Source: the human T2T-CHM13v2.0 reference genome, Homo sapiens
Length of the DNA: 64,000 bases
Reading direction: 5' to 3' (one strand)
NCBI RefSeq assembly: GCF_009914755.1
Contig: NC_060927.1
The first letter of the stretch is position 1. Each line of letters begins with the position of its first letter. This document shows positions 17,975 through 34,225 of this stretch, piece by piece. The notes beneath the pieces were generated by a model. It was not told the DNA's origin, made no database searches, and worked only from the letters and a program-made list of their open reading frames with translations. The position numbers and the translations under genes were made by a program.

Positions 17975-18052
17975 CTTGAGTTTATCAATCACTAAAGGTT
18001 TTCCCCACTTGTCCACTGAATTTTCATTTTGAACATAGAACTCAGTTACCTC
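17975..18052 (-). CDS. ACAD11: ACAD11 exon 10 (EVTEFYVQNENSVDKWGKPLVIDKLK)
   Basis: 78 nt, AG/GTAAG. Confidence 0.96.
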
Positions 18053-18279
18053 CTTAAAGTAATAAAAGAAAAAAATTTCACTAGCTAAAGTTAATACAAA
18101 GTAAACAATGTCATAAACTGCTAATATCTAAAATAAACATTTTTAGGTGAAGATGCTTTTTCAGCTATTATTAAACCAGACACAGAAGCATAAAACATTC
18201 TAAAGGTTTGCTGATCACAAAATCATGCTGCCACAATATTAGATAGTAGGCTACTAAAATCTTATACCAAGATTTGAGT

Positions 18280-20200
18280 GTTTCATTTCTAGCAATATGA
18301 CAAACTAGATAGTCATAGAAACTGCTCAACTAAAAATGTTGGGTAAAATATTAAAAATAGTTTTAAAATACATTTATTAATACATAGCTGTGCTGGAAGG
18401 AAAATGAGAAAATTCCTTGGAGGCCAGAAACAAAAAAGCCTGACTCTTCAAGTGTGAGCACACATTGCAGCCAAGTTTGTCCAGGGCATATAGGCTGATC
18501 TATGTTAGCCCTGTTACACCCTAGGTTTTAATGGGCCACATAGGCAGGAGTCAGACATAGTCAAATGCCCCAAACATGGCAAGAGGGAGGATCAAAGATC
18601 AGCTCTTTCCTCCACCAAAGCTAGGCTGCTTGATGGGTAAAACCTAAGTGGAAGAAAATTTAAAAAGCAAAAACAAACAAACAGAAAACCCACCCCTCAG
18701 AGGTAGACCATGGGAATACAGGCCTTTATATAGGTCTTAGCTCTGGCTGGAATAGACAAAATAAACATTCTAACTGAAGTCTGTTTTCACCCAAGTTTGG
18801 GACTGAATTCACAGACTTATGGGGCATTAAACTTTAAGCCAAAATTTAAGTTTACAGTGTTTCTGGTGACAGTGCCTGCTAATACCTGGCAGATGCGAAA
18901 ACAAATCCTATCTGTAGGAAAGAGCTTTAAACAAAGCCTTAAATAACTTTCACAGATAAAATTCCAGAACATGAGTTCAAAATAAAAAACTATTTATCAC
19001 TCAAGGAAACAAGCCACCATTAGTAAGAGTTAGCAAAAACAATCATTCACCAAGATGGAATTGCACTTCCCAAAGACTATAAATAGAGTAATGATCAGTC
19101 ACAGGACATAAACTATTTGTGTTTAATAGATTTCAAGAATAAAGGAAGAAATTAAAAGTATAACAAAGGACTATCAAAAGTGACCAGGCACATTTGAAAA
19201 AGAATTGAATAAAATCTAAGGAAAGGAAAACCATAGAGATGAAACTTAAAAACTCTATGGCAGTGATTCCCAAATTTTGGTGGCTCTCAGAATCTCCTGG
19301 GGAACTTGATAAAAATATGGGGGCCTAAGCTTTGTCCTACTTCAATGAACCTGCACTTCTGTGTCCTTTACTAGCTTAAGCAATTCTCACACACTCCAAA
19401 ATTTGAAAACAGTTACTCTGTGGATGTTGAAAAATAGATTAGATAACAGCTGAAAAAACAAATCATAAATTGGAAGAAAGACCTGAAGAAATTACTCAGA
19501 ATGATGCACAGAAACTCAAAAGAAGGCAAATATGAGTGGTAAAGGAATATAATGAATTCAAAAAGAAGTTCTAACACAAGTCTAATTGGAGTCCCAGACA
19601 TAAAGAATAAAGAGAGAGGCAATATTTGGAAAAATTACTCTTAAAAGTTTTCGGAACTGATAAGACAGCAATCCTCAAATTCAGAAAGCCAATGAAGCCA
19701 GAGCATAGTAAAACTACAGAACATTAAAGAGAAAGAAAAGCTCTTAGAAAGAGGAGGTTGCCTCCTTAGCGCAGTAGGGCAGTGCATCAGTCTCATAATC
19801 TGAAAAAGAGAAAGAAGAGGGGAAAAAAGAAAGATTACTGATAATTAAACAACAGTTAAGATTGAGAGCTGACTTCTCAAAGCAACAAATGAAGCCAGAA
19901 ATCACTGGGATAATAGCTTCAATTGCTGAGAGAAAATAACTGTCATTGTAAAATTCTATATGCAATGAAACTATCTTTCACGAACTAGGGCAAAATAAAG
20001 GTATTAACAATAAGTAAAGTCATTGCCACCTCTCCCCAGCAAGAAAAAAGGAAAACAACAACAAAAAAGATAAACAAAGGAAAGGGAAAAGTTTACTCGC
20101 ACATTCACACTAAAGGAACTTGACCTAGAAGAAACATCTGAGTTGCAAGAAGGAATAGTAAATAAATAAAATGATAAATAGGTAGGTAAACTTAAAATTT
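18280..20200 (+). mobile_element. Ancient L1M 5'/ORF1 remnant with MER5-like insert (~19260-19410)
   Basis: A-rich degraded ORF1-like motifs (ctaattggagtcccaga, gctgacttctcaaagcaacaaatgaagccagaa). Confidence 0.6.
19760..19804 (+). pseudogene. 3'-truncated tRNA-Met(CAT) retrocopy (5' half through the anticodon arm)
   Basis: gcctccttagcgcagtagggcagtgcatcagtctcataatctgaa matches the 5' end of elongator tRNA-Met; no T arm; TSD-like agaaagaggagg / agaaagaagagg. Confidence 0.85.
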
Positions 20201-20204
20201 GAAA

Positions 20205-20482
20205 CTATAATCCCAGCATTTTGGGAGGCCAAGGTGGGCAGATTACTTGAGGTCAGAAATTTGACACTAGCCTGGCCAACATAATGAAACCCTGTCTTTA
20301 CCAAAATACACAAAAATTAGCTGAGTGTGGTGGCACATGGCTATAGTCCCAGCTACTCAGGAGGCTGAGGCGGGAGAATCACTTGAACCCAGGAAGCAGA
20401 GGTTGCAGTGAGCCGAGATTGCCCCACCCCACTGCAGCCTGGGTGACAGAATGAGACTCTGTCTCAAAAAAAAAAAAAAAAA
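20205..20482 (+). mobile_element. Alu, slightly 5'-truncated
   Basis: Alu body and A16 tail. Confidence 0.93.
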
Positions 20483-22523
20483 GCCACATAAAACAATAAC
20501 AATCACTAATTTGTACAACTAAAAGAATATAGAACAAAAATATTGGAGTATAACAGCATTTTCCAATATTTTGCTATTATAGTATCTCTGTATGTTTCTA
20601 CACTTAGGCTAGTGGTATTACTTACAAACATTGTCAAAACTCTTAACCCATATTATCAAATTATTTTCCAAATCATTCTATCAATTTACACTCATATAAC
20701 AATGTACTAAAATGTTCCTTTCATTGAAGCATGGCTAGTCTAGAGTATTGCTGTATTTAATGAAAACCTCAAGAAGGCAAAGGTCTGCTCTTTCAAAGGC
20801 ACCAGGATGAACAGCCCTTCTCATTTCTGTCAGGAAGTCCGTTAAATTGGAAGATTTCCTGTTTGGGGTTGTTTATTATTTCCATCCCTCATATTGCCTT
20901 GGAAATATTCAATGCTACTGTGTTTGATAAGAAATATATTATGCAGTACATTTCTCATTTTCTAATCTCTGACCACCTTTTCTCATCTCTGACCACAGTT
21001 TGAAGAAATTAAATTATGCCAGTGTTTATATAATTTTAAAATTTGTATTATTTAATACTTTGAGTTCTAAATTTTATCCATTTAGATATCTGCAAAGTTT
21101 ATTTGTGGCACGGTAGGACTCAAAATTAAATAAAATTCCTCATTATAAAGAACCCTTCTTTGGTTCTTAAAGTAAGAAAAGTAATTTATTAGTTAATAGC
21201 CAAAAGCAGAAACTATGCTTGGTGCCTGGTCAATCTTCCCAAAATATCACCTGTAGCATACTGCGTCCTCACTCACTGACAGAGATACTAATTTTGAGTA
21301 TGTTGGTTGGTTCAGCATCTTAAATCTGAGCCTACAAATAATTTTGCAAAATGTTTTTCATTTTAAACTGAAGTCTACTAGAAAGAAGCAACAGTTCATC
21401 CTTAGTATATTAGACTCAGCAGGAAAGTATGATTAATGTTACCATTATGTTAAAAGTGTGTTCTCACTGTGTTATGTTGCTAGTTCCTGTTTTACATGCT
21501 ATTTTTAGGATTTCTTACCCATTTTAAATTGGCTTAAACTGGCTTTTAATATTTTCCAATTGGAAGAATTGGCTTTTAATATTTTCATAGATAAGGGTTA
21601 TGCTCTCACTTTATAATATTCAAGGAGTTTCAAAAGGTCATTAGAATAGTTTAAATGAAGCTTATGTTTTCTCACTATAGAAAATTTGAAAATATCTAAA
21701 AATATAAAGAAAAAGTCATGAAGCGTCTCAGTGGTTAAAGACAAGTGCTGTTAAAGTATTGTATTATATGATACAACCTATTTTCTAGAAATGACTGTTT
21801 TGGTTTTTGTAAGCTTAGTTATAATAATGTTGGATAGAATCTTATATAGATTTTTCCCTCTTTGATTTTGAAAAAGCTATTTACTTTTCTCCAAATATAA
21901 TCTCCAAATAACATCCTCTAACATGTTACACAGAGATTTGTATTGTTCACTATCATTCTACAGGATAAAACGTTTTTATAGATGTTGGTACAGTACGATT
22001 TTTTTTTTTCAATTTTTTTAAAAGAAGAAAAAGCTCACATTATCAGATATGGTTATGTCTCAGATTTAAAGGATCTTCAAAGACAAATGATTGTGGCTTT
22101 TCTGGTCACACAAAACATTGGCAATCTTCCCTTTAAAGCTATAGGCTGCTTTTTTATTTATCTTAAAGCACTTCTTTTTATTGCAAATTTTTTGTACATA
22201 TTTCAATAGCTGCATGACACAAAGTTCAGCAGAGTATCACAACCCAACCTGTGACACCTCTTCTGTGCTGCAGTTTCTCTTATATGCTTATTCACATTTA
22301 CCAATGAAAGAACAAGCCTGCCTGGTTTCCTCTGCCAATTCTGGCCTCTCCTCTGAATGATGGGCTGATTGCAAGTACTAGCATGCTATCAGATAGGCTT
22401 CATTTTAGAGAAAGTAGGTAGGAATCAGGCAGTAATCAGGGAGGACAGACAACCTGGGATTTCTGCCCAATCCCCACCACCCCCCACCACCCTCCCCCAC
22501 CCCCGAAAAAAGAAAAGTTGTTC

Positions 22524-22811
22524 AGGTGCAGGTGCTCACACCTGTAATCCCAGCGCTCTGGGAGGCTGAGGTGGGAGGATTGCTTGAAGCCAGTAGTTCT
22601 GGGCAACAGAGTGAGACCAGGTCTCTACAAAAAAATGTAAAATTTAGCCCGGTATGGTGGCATATTCCTGTAATCCCAGCTACTCAGGAGGCTGAGTTGG
22701 GTGGTTTGCTTGAGCCCTGGAGTTTGAGGCTGCAGTGAGATAGCATCACATCACACACTCTAGCTTGGAGACACAGCAAGACCCTGTCTCTTGAAGGAAA
22801 AAAAAAAAAAA
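22524..22811 (+). mobile_element. AluJ
   Basis: Diverged Alu with J-type ggattgcttga and agaccctgtctc. Confidence 0.9.
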
Positions 22812-23124
<313 letters not shown>

Positions 23125-23165
23125 CTAGGGCACTAAATCTCATGTTGAAGCCCTGGCTTCTTTGA

Positions 23166-23706
<541 letters not shown>

Positions 23707-25178
23707 TGAGATATGGCTTCTATTGTTAGATTATTCTAGGGGCTAATCCATTCTGCTTTCCAAATCTAATTTCCATTCTCTTTTCAAAACCTTAATTCCT
23801 CTGATATGTCCCTCTTCTGTTTTCAAGCTTATACCAATTTATTCCATTTTATAAAAAAACTTATTATTTATTAAATTGGATTTTATTTGAGGGAGGGGAG
23901 GACAATGTTGAATTCACACTGCTATCTTAACCTAAAAGTGTTGCATTCCCTTTTTAATACTCAAGAGTTCACAGTTTTAAAAATCAGAATTGAACAAACA
24001 CTAACTAGATCAGAAAATATTCAAGATACTTCAGTCACTAAACACATGTGAGAGGTGACTATTTTAGAAAGAATTTCCTCACTTTAAGTAGTATTTTTTA
24101 AAGAAATTATACCCTATTCTGTGAGCAAAGTTAATCTCAAGCCAGATATTTACTAAAAATATAATAATTATTTATATAATTCAAGCAACAGCACAAACTG
24201 TCCTACAAACACATATCAGCTCTGAACATTTCTGTTAAAAGGATTTTGGTCTCTTTCAGTTCCCTATTTGATTTTACCAGGCTAGCTGTAGACCTCTCAG
24301 AATCATAGATGATTAAAATGAGAATGTGTTATATATTTAGTCATACCTACTCACATTGTAGAGGAAAAAACTGAGGCCACGCAAGACCATCTAACACAAG
24401 GCCACCAAACTTGTGACAGGGATAGACTAGAATAAAGCCATTAGCATTTCTACACCAGTGTTCTACCCACATATAAACAGCCTGCCCCAACTCCCTTACA
24501 TATTTTTGTAAAAGCTTTTATCTTTTCTTCACAACATTTATCATCTCTTATTTAGTGTCTTCCTTTCCTGCTAAAGTCTAAGCTTCACATGAGCATAAGC
24601 CCTGTATGTCTTATTATCTATTTACATTCTGTAGCTTTCCAGGTGCCTAAGCATCATCAAGTACCCAATAATTATTTGGTAACTGAATGAATGAATGTTC
24701 CATATTGCCTCTCTACTCTCAGTGAACTTATTGAAACTTAATGCCTTAAAATAGTAGCTTATAGGAAGAGGGGTGGTAGTATCTGTGAACAGCTTGAAAT
24801 GATATGTAAAATTCTCTAGGTGTGTCCATCTTGTATAGTCTACACTTCTCATTAAATTCTCAAAGGGGTCCATATTTACAAAAAAAAAAAAGCTGAAACT
24901 TACTGCCTTAGGACAAGGCCCCCAAAGTAGTGTTTTACTCTAACATAGTTAGGCTCCCAATGTTAAAACTACTAATTCTCTTTGGCTTAATTTTAATGCC
25001 ACAGACTTATCTGTGCATTCCCTTTGTTCTATCGTGGCTTAGTTCTAAGGTGAGAAGAAGAATCTAGGTAAGGATTGACTAAAGAAAATGACACCATGCT
25101 TCTCCTATAAGCAGAAATAACAAAAGTATTCATTGATAGTCCTTTAGCAGAAATACATTCTGCTTATATAATACTCAC

Positions 25179-25305
25179 CTTTTCAGCTGGAAGAATGTGT
25201 TGTTTCATGAAATGCTTCACCTTAATAAGAACTTCCTGACCTTTCCGAGTCTGTACAAACAACTGTCCAGTAGTATCAATCTGTGGTAGTACAGTACTGA
25301 AAGTT
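25179..25305 (-). CDS. ACAD11: ACAD11 exon 9 (TFSTVLPQIDTTGQLFVQTRKGQEVLIKVKHFMKQHILPAEK)
   Basis: 127 nt, AG/GTGAGT, phase 2/0. Confidence 0.96.
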
Positions 25306-25564
25306 CTTTGCCAAAAGAAAAAAGGAAAAAAAGGTTACAAAGATGTCCAAAGATCATTATTACATATTTCTAATATAATGTGAAGTTTCCTCAGCTACCC
25401 AAAAAACATCCCCCAGAAGGAGTAGCTGTATTTTATATTTTAAAAAAGTCTTCCATATTATGGACTGAATGCAGAATCACTTCCATTTTAAACATTTAAC
25501 TTTAATGCTTAAAGCACTATTTGGGGAAAACATATAGGCCTGGCATCACCTCAAGCAATGTTAG

Positions 25565-25896
25565 TGATAGATGCAGGAGGCACAGGGTCTTGTCTGGACA
25601 TGCCCACAATGGACTGGGGGCCTGCCTGCACACTGGGGGAATGGGGTGGAGCCACCGGGAATTCGCGCCTTATGCAAGGGGAGGAGCCTGGCCTCTTTAG
25701 CTCAAGTGTGGTAGCCTGGTATTCAATGTGTGAGGTGGGCGCCTGTTGGCAGGACCCCCCCTTTCTTTGCTGAGAGCTTTCTTTTCGCTTAATAAATCGG
25801 CCCTCCTCACCCTTTAATGTGTCTGTGTGCCTAATTTTTCCTGTGAGACGAGAACCTGGATTTTAGCTGAACTAAGGAGCAAAAAATCCCGCTTCA
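25565..25896 (+). mobile_element. MER50-like ERV1 solo LTR, internally deleted
   Basis: TG...CA termini, 4-bp TSD ttag (25561-64, 25897-900), AATAAA at 25791, 3' end agctgaactaaggagcaaaa. Confidence 0.75.
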
Positions 25897-26036
25897 TTAG
25901 TTTTGAATCTTTATTGAAGTCACCCGTCAGAATCTCCAGAAGAAAAAGCAAAGAAGTTGAATTGAACACAAATAATCATTATTCTTACTATTAATATATG
26001 CCTCACAAATATAGCTGCTGAATATTAGATCTGTAG

Positions 26037-26175
26037 AACAGAAAACCAAACACTGCATGCTCTCACTCGTAAGCGGGAGTTGAACAAACCACCATGGCAC
26101 ATACATACCTATGTAACAAACCTGCAGGCTCTGCACATTTATCCCGGAACTTAAAATAAATTAAAATAAAATAAA
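26037..26175 (+). mobile_element. Short L1PA 3'-end fragment with internal deletion
   Basis: L1 3' UTR sequence jumps from gggagttgaacaa to accaccatggcac; A-rich tail. Confidence 0.8.
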
Positions 26176-26827
26176 GAAGACCTGTAAAGGTCATTATGAA
26201 GCACAACAGAATCAATTGTTATGGTGTAGAGAGAACAAATACCCATCTATAAGATAAATTGGAAAAAAGCAATTGTCCTAACATTATGCCATGGGTACTT
26301 GTGGGTTAAGCAGAATTTCTGGGACAGCATCACACATGCATCTGGTAAGCAATGGGAATGAAACTGGCAAAGTGTGTTCGATGCCTGAAAAAGTGCTCTG
26401 CTGATGAAGACATGGGTTTCAAAGATGCTTATGAAATGTCTGAATATAACTTCATGAAATGTAACAGTGGAAAAGAACAATATTTCTAAATTAATAAATC
26501 ATCTTATATAATGCATTTTTAAAATTAGATATATGTAAGTGACTTAAATATTAGAAAGAAACACTTGAGAGTTTTATCTATATCCTTAAACATTTACACA
26601 ATCAAGTGGCACAAAAATACTTTTAAACCTAAATATGGAGATTTTCTTTATATTTTAGGTCAATTTGTTTTTAGGCATAGAAGAGATTTACCAAAAATCT
26701 ATTGTGATTGGCAGCAGCAATCCTGGTGTATGCAATAAAAATAATCCCTACTCCCCTAAAGTGTATAACCTTCACATACCCAATAAAGGCTCTAATTTGA
26801 GTTAGCCAAGGAATCTGTTTTCCTTAC

Positions 26828-26934
26828 CGTTTGGAGAGTTGTAGTCCAGTTTCTGCCAGAGGTTGCACAATATTGGCAAATAAAAAGCTATCCTCAGATG
26901 AATTATTTCCCAGAAGATATCTGCTATATACTCC
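26828..26934 (-). CDS. ACAD11: ACAD11 exon 8 (GVYSRYLLGNNSSEDSFLFANIVQPLAETGLQLSK)
   Basis: 107 nt, AG/GTAAG. Confidence 0.96.
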
Positions 26935-27589
26935 CTATAAATAAACATAGAACAGTTAAAATTCATTGAAAACCGTCCTTCAACAATCCAATCAATCTTT
27001 CCAGTTTCTCAGTTATATGTGACATTATACTCACAGGGTATGAAGACGTAAAACAGACTATCGACGATATTAATGTACATGCAGGGGTAATTACACCCTT
27101 CTAAAGAGTCATACTCATATCATACAGTTCACATACTCTCATCCTAACATAATTCTAATTTATAATCAAATCAAACTTGCAAATGATCTCAGCAGTTACC
27201 AAAGATACCAAGTCTGCAAGTTATTTCACCTCTAAAGATCACTACCCTCCTTCATAATGGGGGAAAATCTAAAGAAACAAAAATAAGATTTAAAAAACTA
27301 TAAAATCAAAAGGAAGACAATGAGACGATCTCTAAGAACATTTTATCTCATTTTTGGGTCCCTAATGCAGGTAAAACTGTCTCTTTCAAACAGTGTTAGT
27401 TGAATGCTAATCAGTGTTTCTTTGATAATTCTCCATTTCTGTACTTTCAACATAATAAACTCCTTCCTCTTCCCTAAAAACAAACATCACTGTGTCTTCT
27501 TTATATAATTCCTTATATAATAAAACACTGTAATAAATAAAACACTGTAATAGTTCTTCCATCATATTCAATTTTATATTTCCAATTAG

Positions 27590-28077
<488 letters not shown>

Positions 28078-28925
28078 TGAGAAACCCATTCTTTTAACAT
28101 GATTAACTCAGGGTACAAGATGAGATGTAACACAACTATTTCAGTTGTTCATGGATAGCATGAACTCTGAGGACAGAAAATAAATTATCATAATTTTCCT
28201 TAATCCTTCTTTTCCCATTATTTTTCACTTCTAAACTTATTTACCTGTTTTTCTTCTAAACCCTAGCCCCTTGCTATTGATGAAGCATCTCAATTTCTTA
28301 AATCTCCAAGATTCAAAGTGCCTGAAAACTGGATTAGTATAAAGAAGAAGCCATTTGTTTAGATTACAATGTAATTAGAAAAAAAACCCTAAATTTATGC
28401 TCTATTATCTTTCAAAATTAATCACACAAATATGACGATGAAAATAAAAAAATCTTACTCATCTACTTACTCAAAAACATTTTAAGAGGTTACTGTATAC
28501 TAGATACTGTGCTAGCCTCTGGGAAGTATAAAGATAATTCTTCCCTCATCATCAACCCTAACTAATAAATGGTTTCATAGTCTGAGGCAGAGATCATCAA
28601 AAGATTTTAGCTTTTTCTCACACTGGATATTCAGGAAATGACTAATCCTTACTAATCCTTTTTAACATTATGTCATTCTTCCTCCATCCATCTTGTAAGT
28701 TTATTATACAAAAAACTGATAATACATTTTGCTACTCAAATTTTTTCCTTGCCAAATTCCTATTCTGTAAATTCTGGATTTATATTTTACCTATGTCTGA
28801 TACCTGTCATTATGATAAGCCAAATGATCTAAGGATAAAGAATATAAAACCCGGAAGACTGGAAAACATTGTCAACAGTACACTGGTAAATAATGGCGAA
28901 ACACACGTTTAAAACAATTAATTAC

Positions 28926-29047
28926 CTGTGCTATTCCAGCCATCTTAAAATATGAAAGGGCAAGAAAGAAATTCCAGTTAGGAAGAATAGAATTAATTCC
29001 CCTGCAGCGGCAATATATTGAAATCAGTTCTTCCATTGATGGTATCC
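28926..29047 (-). CDS. ACAD11: ACAD11 exon 7 (IPSMEELISIYCRCRGINSILPNWNFFLALSYFKMAGIAQ)
   Basis: 122 nt, AG/GT. Confidence 0.97.
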
Positions 29048-29283
29048 CTATAAAAACAGCATGTAATATAAACTTTAATTAAAATGTCGTGGTGAATATT
29101 TCAAAATGTTATGAGACTGAGACGCATATGTAAAACGGAATGTAATAACCATTAGCCCTTACAACAAAACATGTTCTAAATCTTGATTTCCAAAAGATTA
29201 TTATATACAAAGGATTATATTTGGTCGTAAATTACTAAAAGTGGCATGCTAAGTTCAGAAAATTTAACGAAGAAAATGAAATA

Positions 29284-29565
29284 GGCCAGTCACGATGGCT
29301 CATGCCTATAATCCTAGCACTTTGCGGGGGCCGAGGATCACTTGACAGCAGGAGCTTAAAACTAGCCTGGGTAACATAGTGAGACACCATCTCTACAAAA
29401 AATAAAAAAATTAGCTGGGCATGGTGGTGTGTGCCTGTAGTCCTAGCTACTCAGAAGGCTGAAGTGGGAGAATCACTTGAGCCCAGGAGTTCAAGGTTTC
29501 AGTGAGCTATGATTGTGGCACTGTACTCCAGCCCGGGTGACAGAGCAAGACCTTGCATCTAAAAA
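29284..29565 (+). mobile_element. AluJ
   Basis: Diverged Alu with gagcccaggagttcaagg. Confidence 0.9.
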
Positions 29566-29662
29566 ACACCAACATGGCCCATGTATACATATGTAAAAAA
29601 CGTGCACGTTGTGCACATGTACCCTAAAACTTAAAGTATAATAAAAATAAATTAAAAAAAAG
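29566..29662 (+). mobile_element. L1PA 3' tip (~75 nt plus tail) inserted in the Alu tail
   Basis: caccaacatggcccatgtatacatatgtaa...accctaaaacttaaagtataataa. Confidence 0.85.
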
Positions 29663-29829
29663 AATTATCTTCAACAAAAAAATAAAATAAAAATAAAAAT
29701 CATAATAAAATAGAAATGTTTAAGAAACAAAAACTATTATCTAAAATTGCAAGATTTATATTTTAATTATGAAAGTAATAAAGACAGTTTTATATTAATA
29801 GCAATTTAGACAACATTATGTTTTTATAC

Positions 29830-29968
29830 CTGAGTTTTCACTATAAGAACCTTGATTTATCATTGGAACTGTCCTTGGCCAAAAGTAGAACAGGGAAAAA
29901 TGAGCTAAGTCTGACAAAGGATGACCAATGGTTGACAGCTCCCAATCCAGCACTGCTATAACTCGACA
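29830..29968 (-). CDS. ACAD11: ACAD11 exon 6 (CRVIAVLDWELSTIGHPLSDLAHFSLFYFWPRTVPMINQGSYSENS)
   Basis: 139 nt, AG/GT, contains the APH DWE motif. Confidence 0.97.
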
Positions 29969-30460
29969 CTGTAATTAAAAATAAAGAGGTCTGTAACACA
30001 TTAAAACTTAAAACAAGTATAATAAAGAAATAAATAACATTGAACACATTCAAAATCATGTTTTCCATCAAAAGTCAATTTCAGGTCTTTACCCACAGTG
30101 GCATATTTCATTTATAAAATAGCCAATTAGCCTTGATTATATAGAGCTAAGTCCTCTGGTTCCATCGCTGGCCATCAGTCCTTCTCATTTTACTTTACAC
30201 AGCCTTAATATCTCTGCTAATGAGCAGATGCAAAAGCAGTTAAAACTTCTCAACTGGAAGTAATTGTGATAAAAAGGAATTATAGTGAATTACTTATATT
30301 TTAATAATCCATGTTATGCATCATTAAACATTTACTTTAGTAATTAATCTAACTGTATAACAAATGTACTACTCCATCCATGGTACTTTTAAAAGTTATT
30401 TCATGTTGTAGATACAAAGCATAATTGTTATAAAAGATACTGTTAGTTTTATAAATATAA

Positions 30461-30928
<468 letters not shown>

Positions 30929-30978
30929 TAGAATAGTATATAGCGTATGATCCAATTTATGCTTAAAGAAAAAGATTA

Positions 30979-33589
<2,611 letters not shown>

Positions 33590-33969
33590 AAAGAAAAAGA
33601 TTATAAATGAATACTCAAAGTTGAAAAGGTATTGCACCAAACTAACAGAAATGGCTGTGGTTACTTTAAGGGATTAAGGCAGGATGGATGAGGTCCAGAG
33701 AGGGGAACCTTCACTGGAGGGTTCTATATATAGGAGTGATATGACATGATCTGTATTTTAAGAGGGTCACTCTGGCTACTATGATTTCAATATACTATGG
33801 GGGGTGGGCAGTGAGGCAGCTGCAGCAATACTCTAGGCAAGTTATCCAAGCTACATAAAACTGCAGACCCCATTTGGGTAATATGAGTTACTGGGTTTCA
33901 TGCCTCCATATAACTGTGTGTGCTTGCACTCCCTTGCTCCTCTGGCAAACTTACACACATTCTTGTAGC

Positions 33970-34225
33970 TTTGTGTGGAAATATGGGCTTTGGAATCAGA
34001 CAGGCCTGTATTCAGACCCTAGCTCTACCATTTGCTGGCTGTATAACTCTGGACAAGTTAGTTAACCTCTCTAATCCTCAATTTTCTCAGCCATAATATA
34101 CACCTCTTACACAGGGTTAGTTTGAAGATTAAATGGGCGGGTAGCACGTATAGTTCATGTATGAGTTTCTAGCAAAGAACCTGGCACACAACAGATGGCC
34201 AATATGTATTTATTTGATGAATATG
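33970..34225 (+). mobile_element. MIR
   Basis: ggctttggaatcagacaggcctg...ggacaagttagttaacctctct core. Confidence 0.8.

Noticed and set aside
19760-19804. Functional tRNA-Met gene
   Set aside because: No T arm/B box and no 3' acceptor strand.
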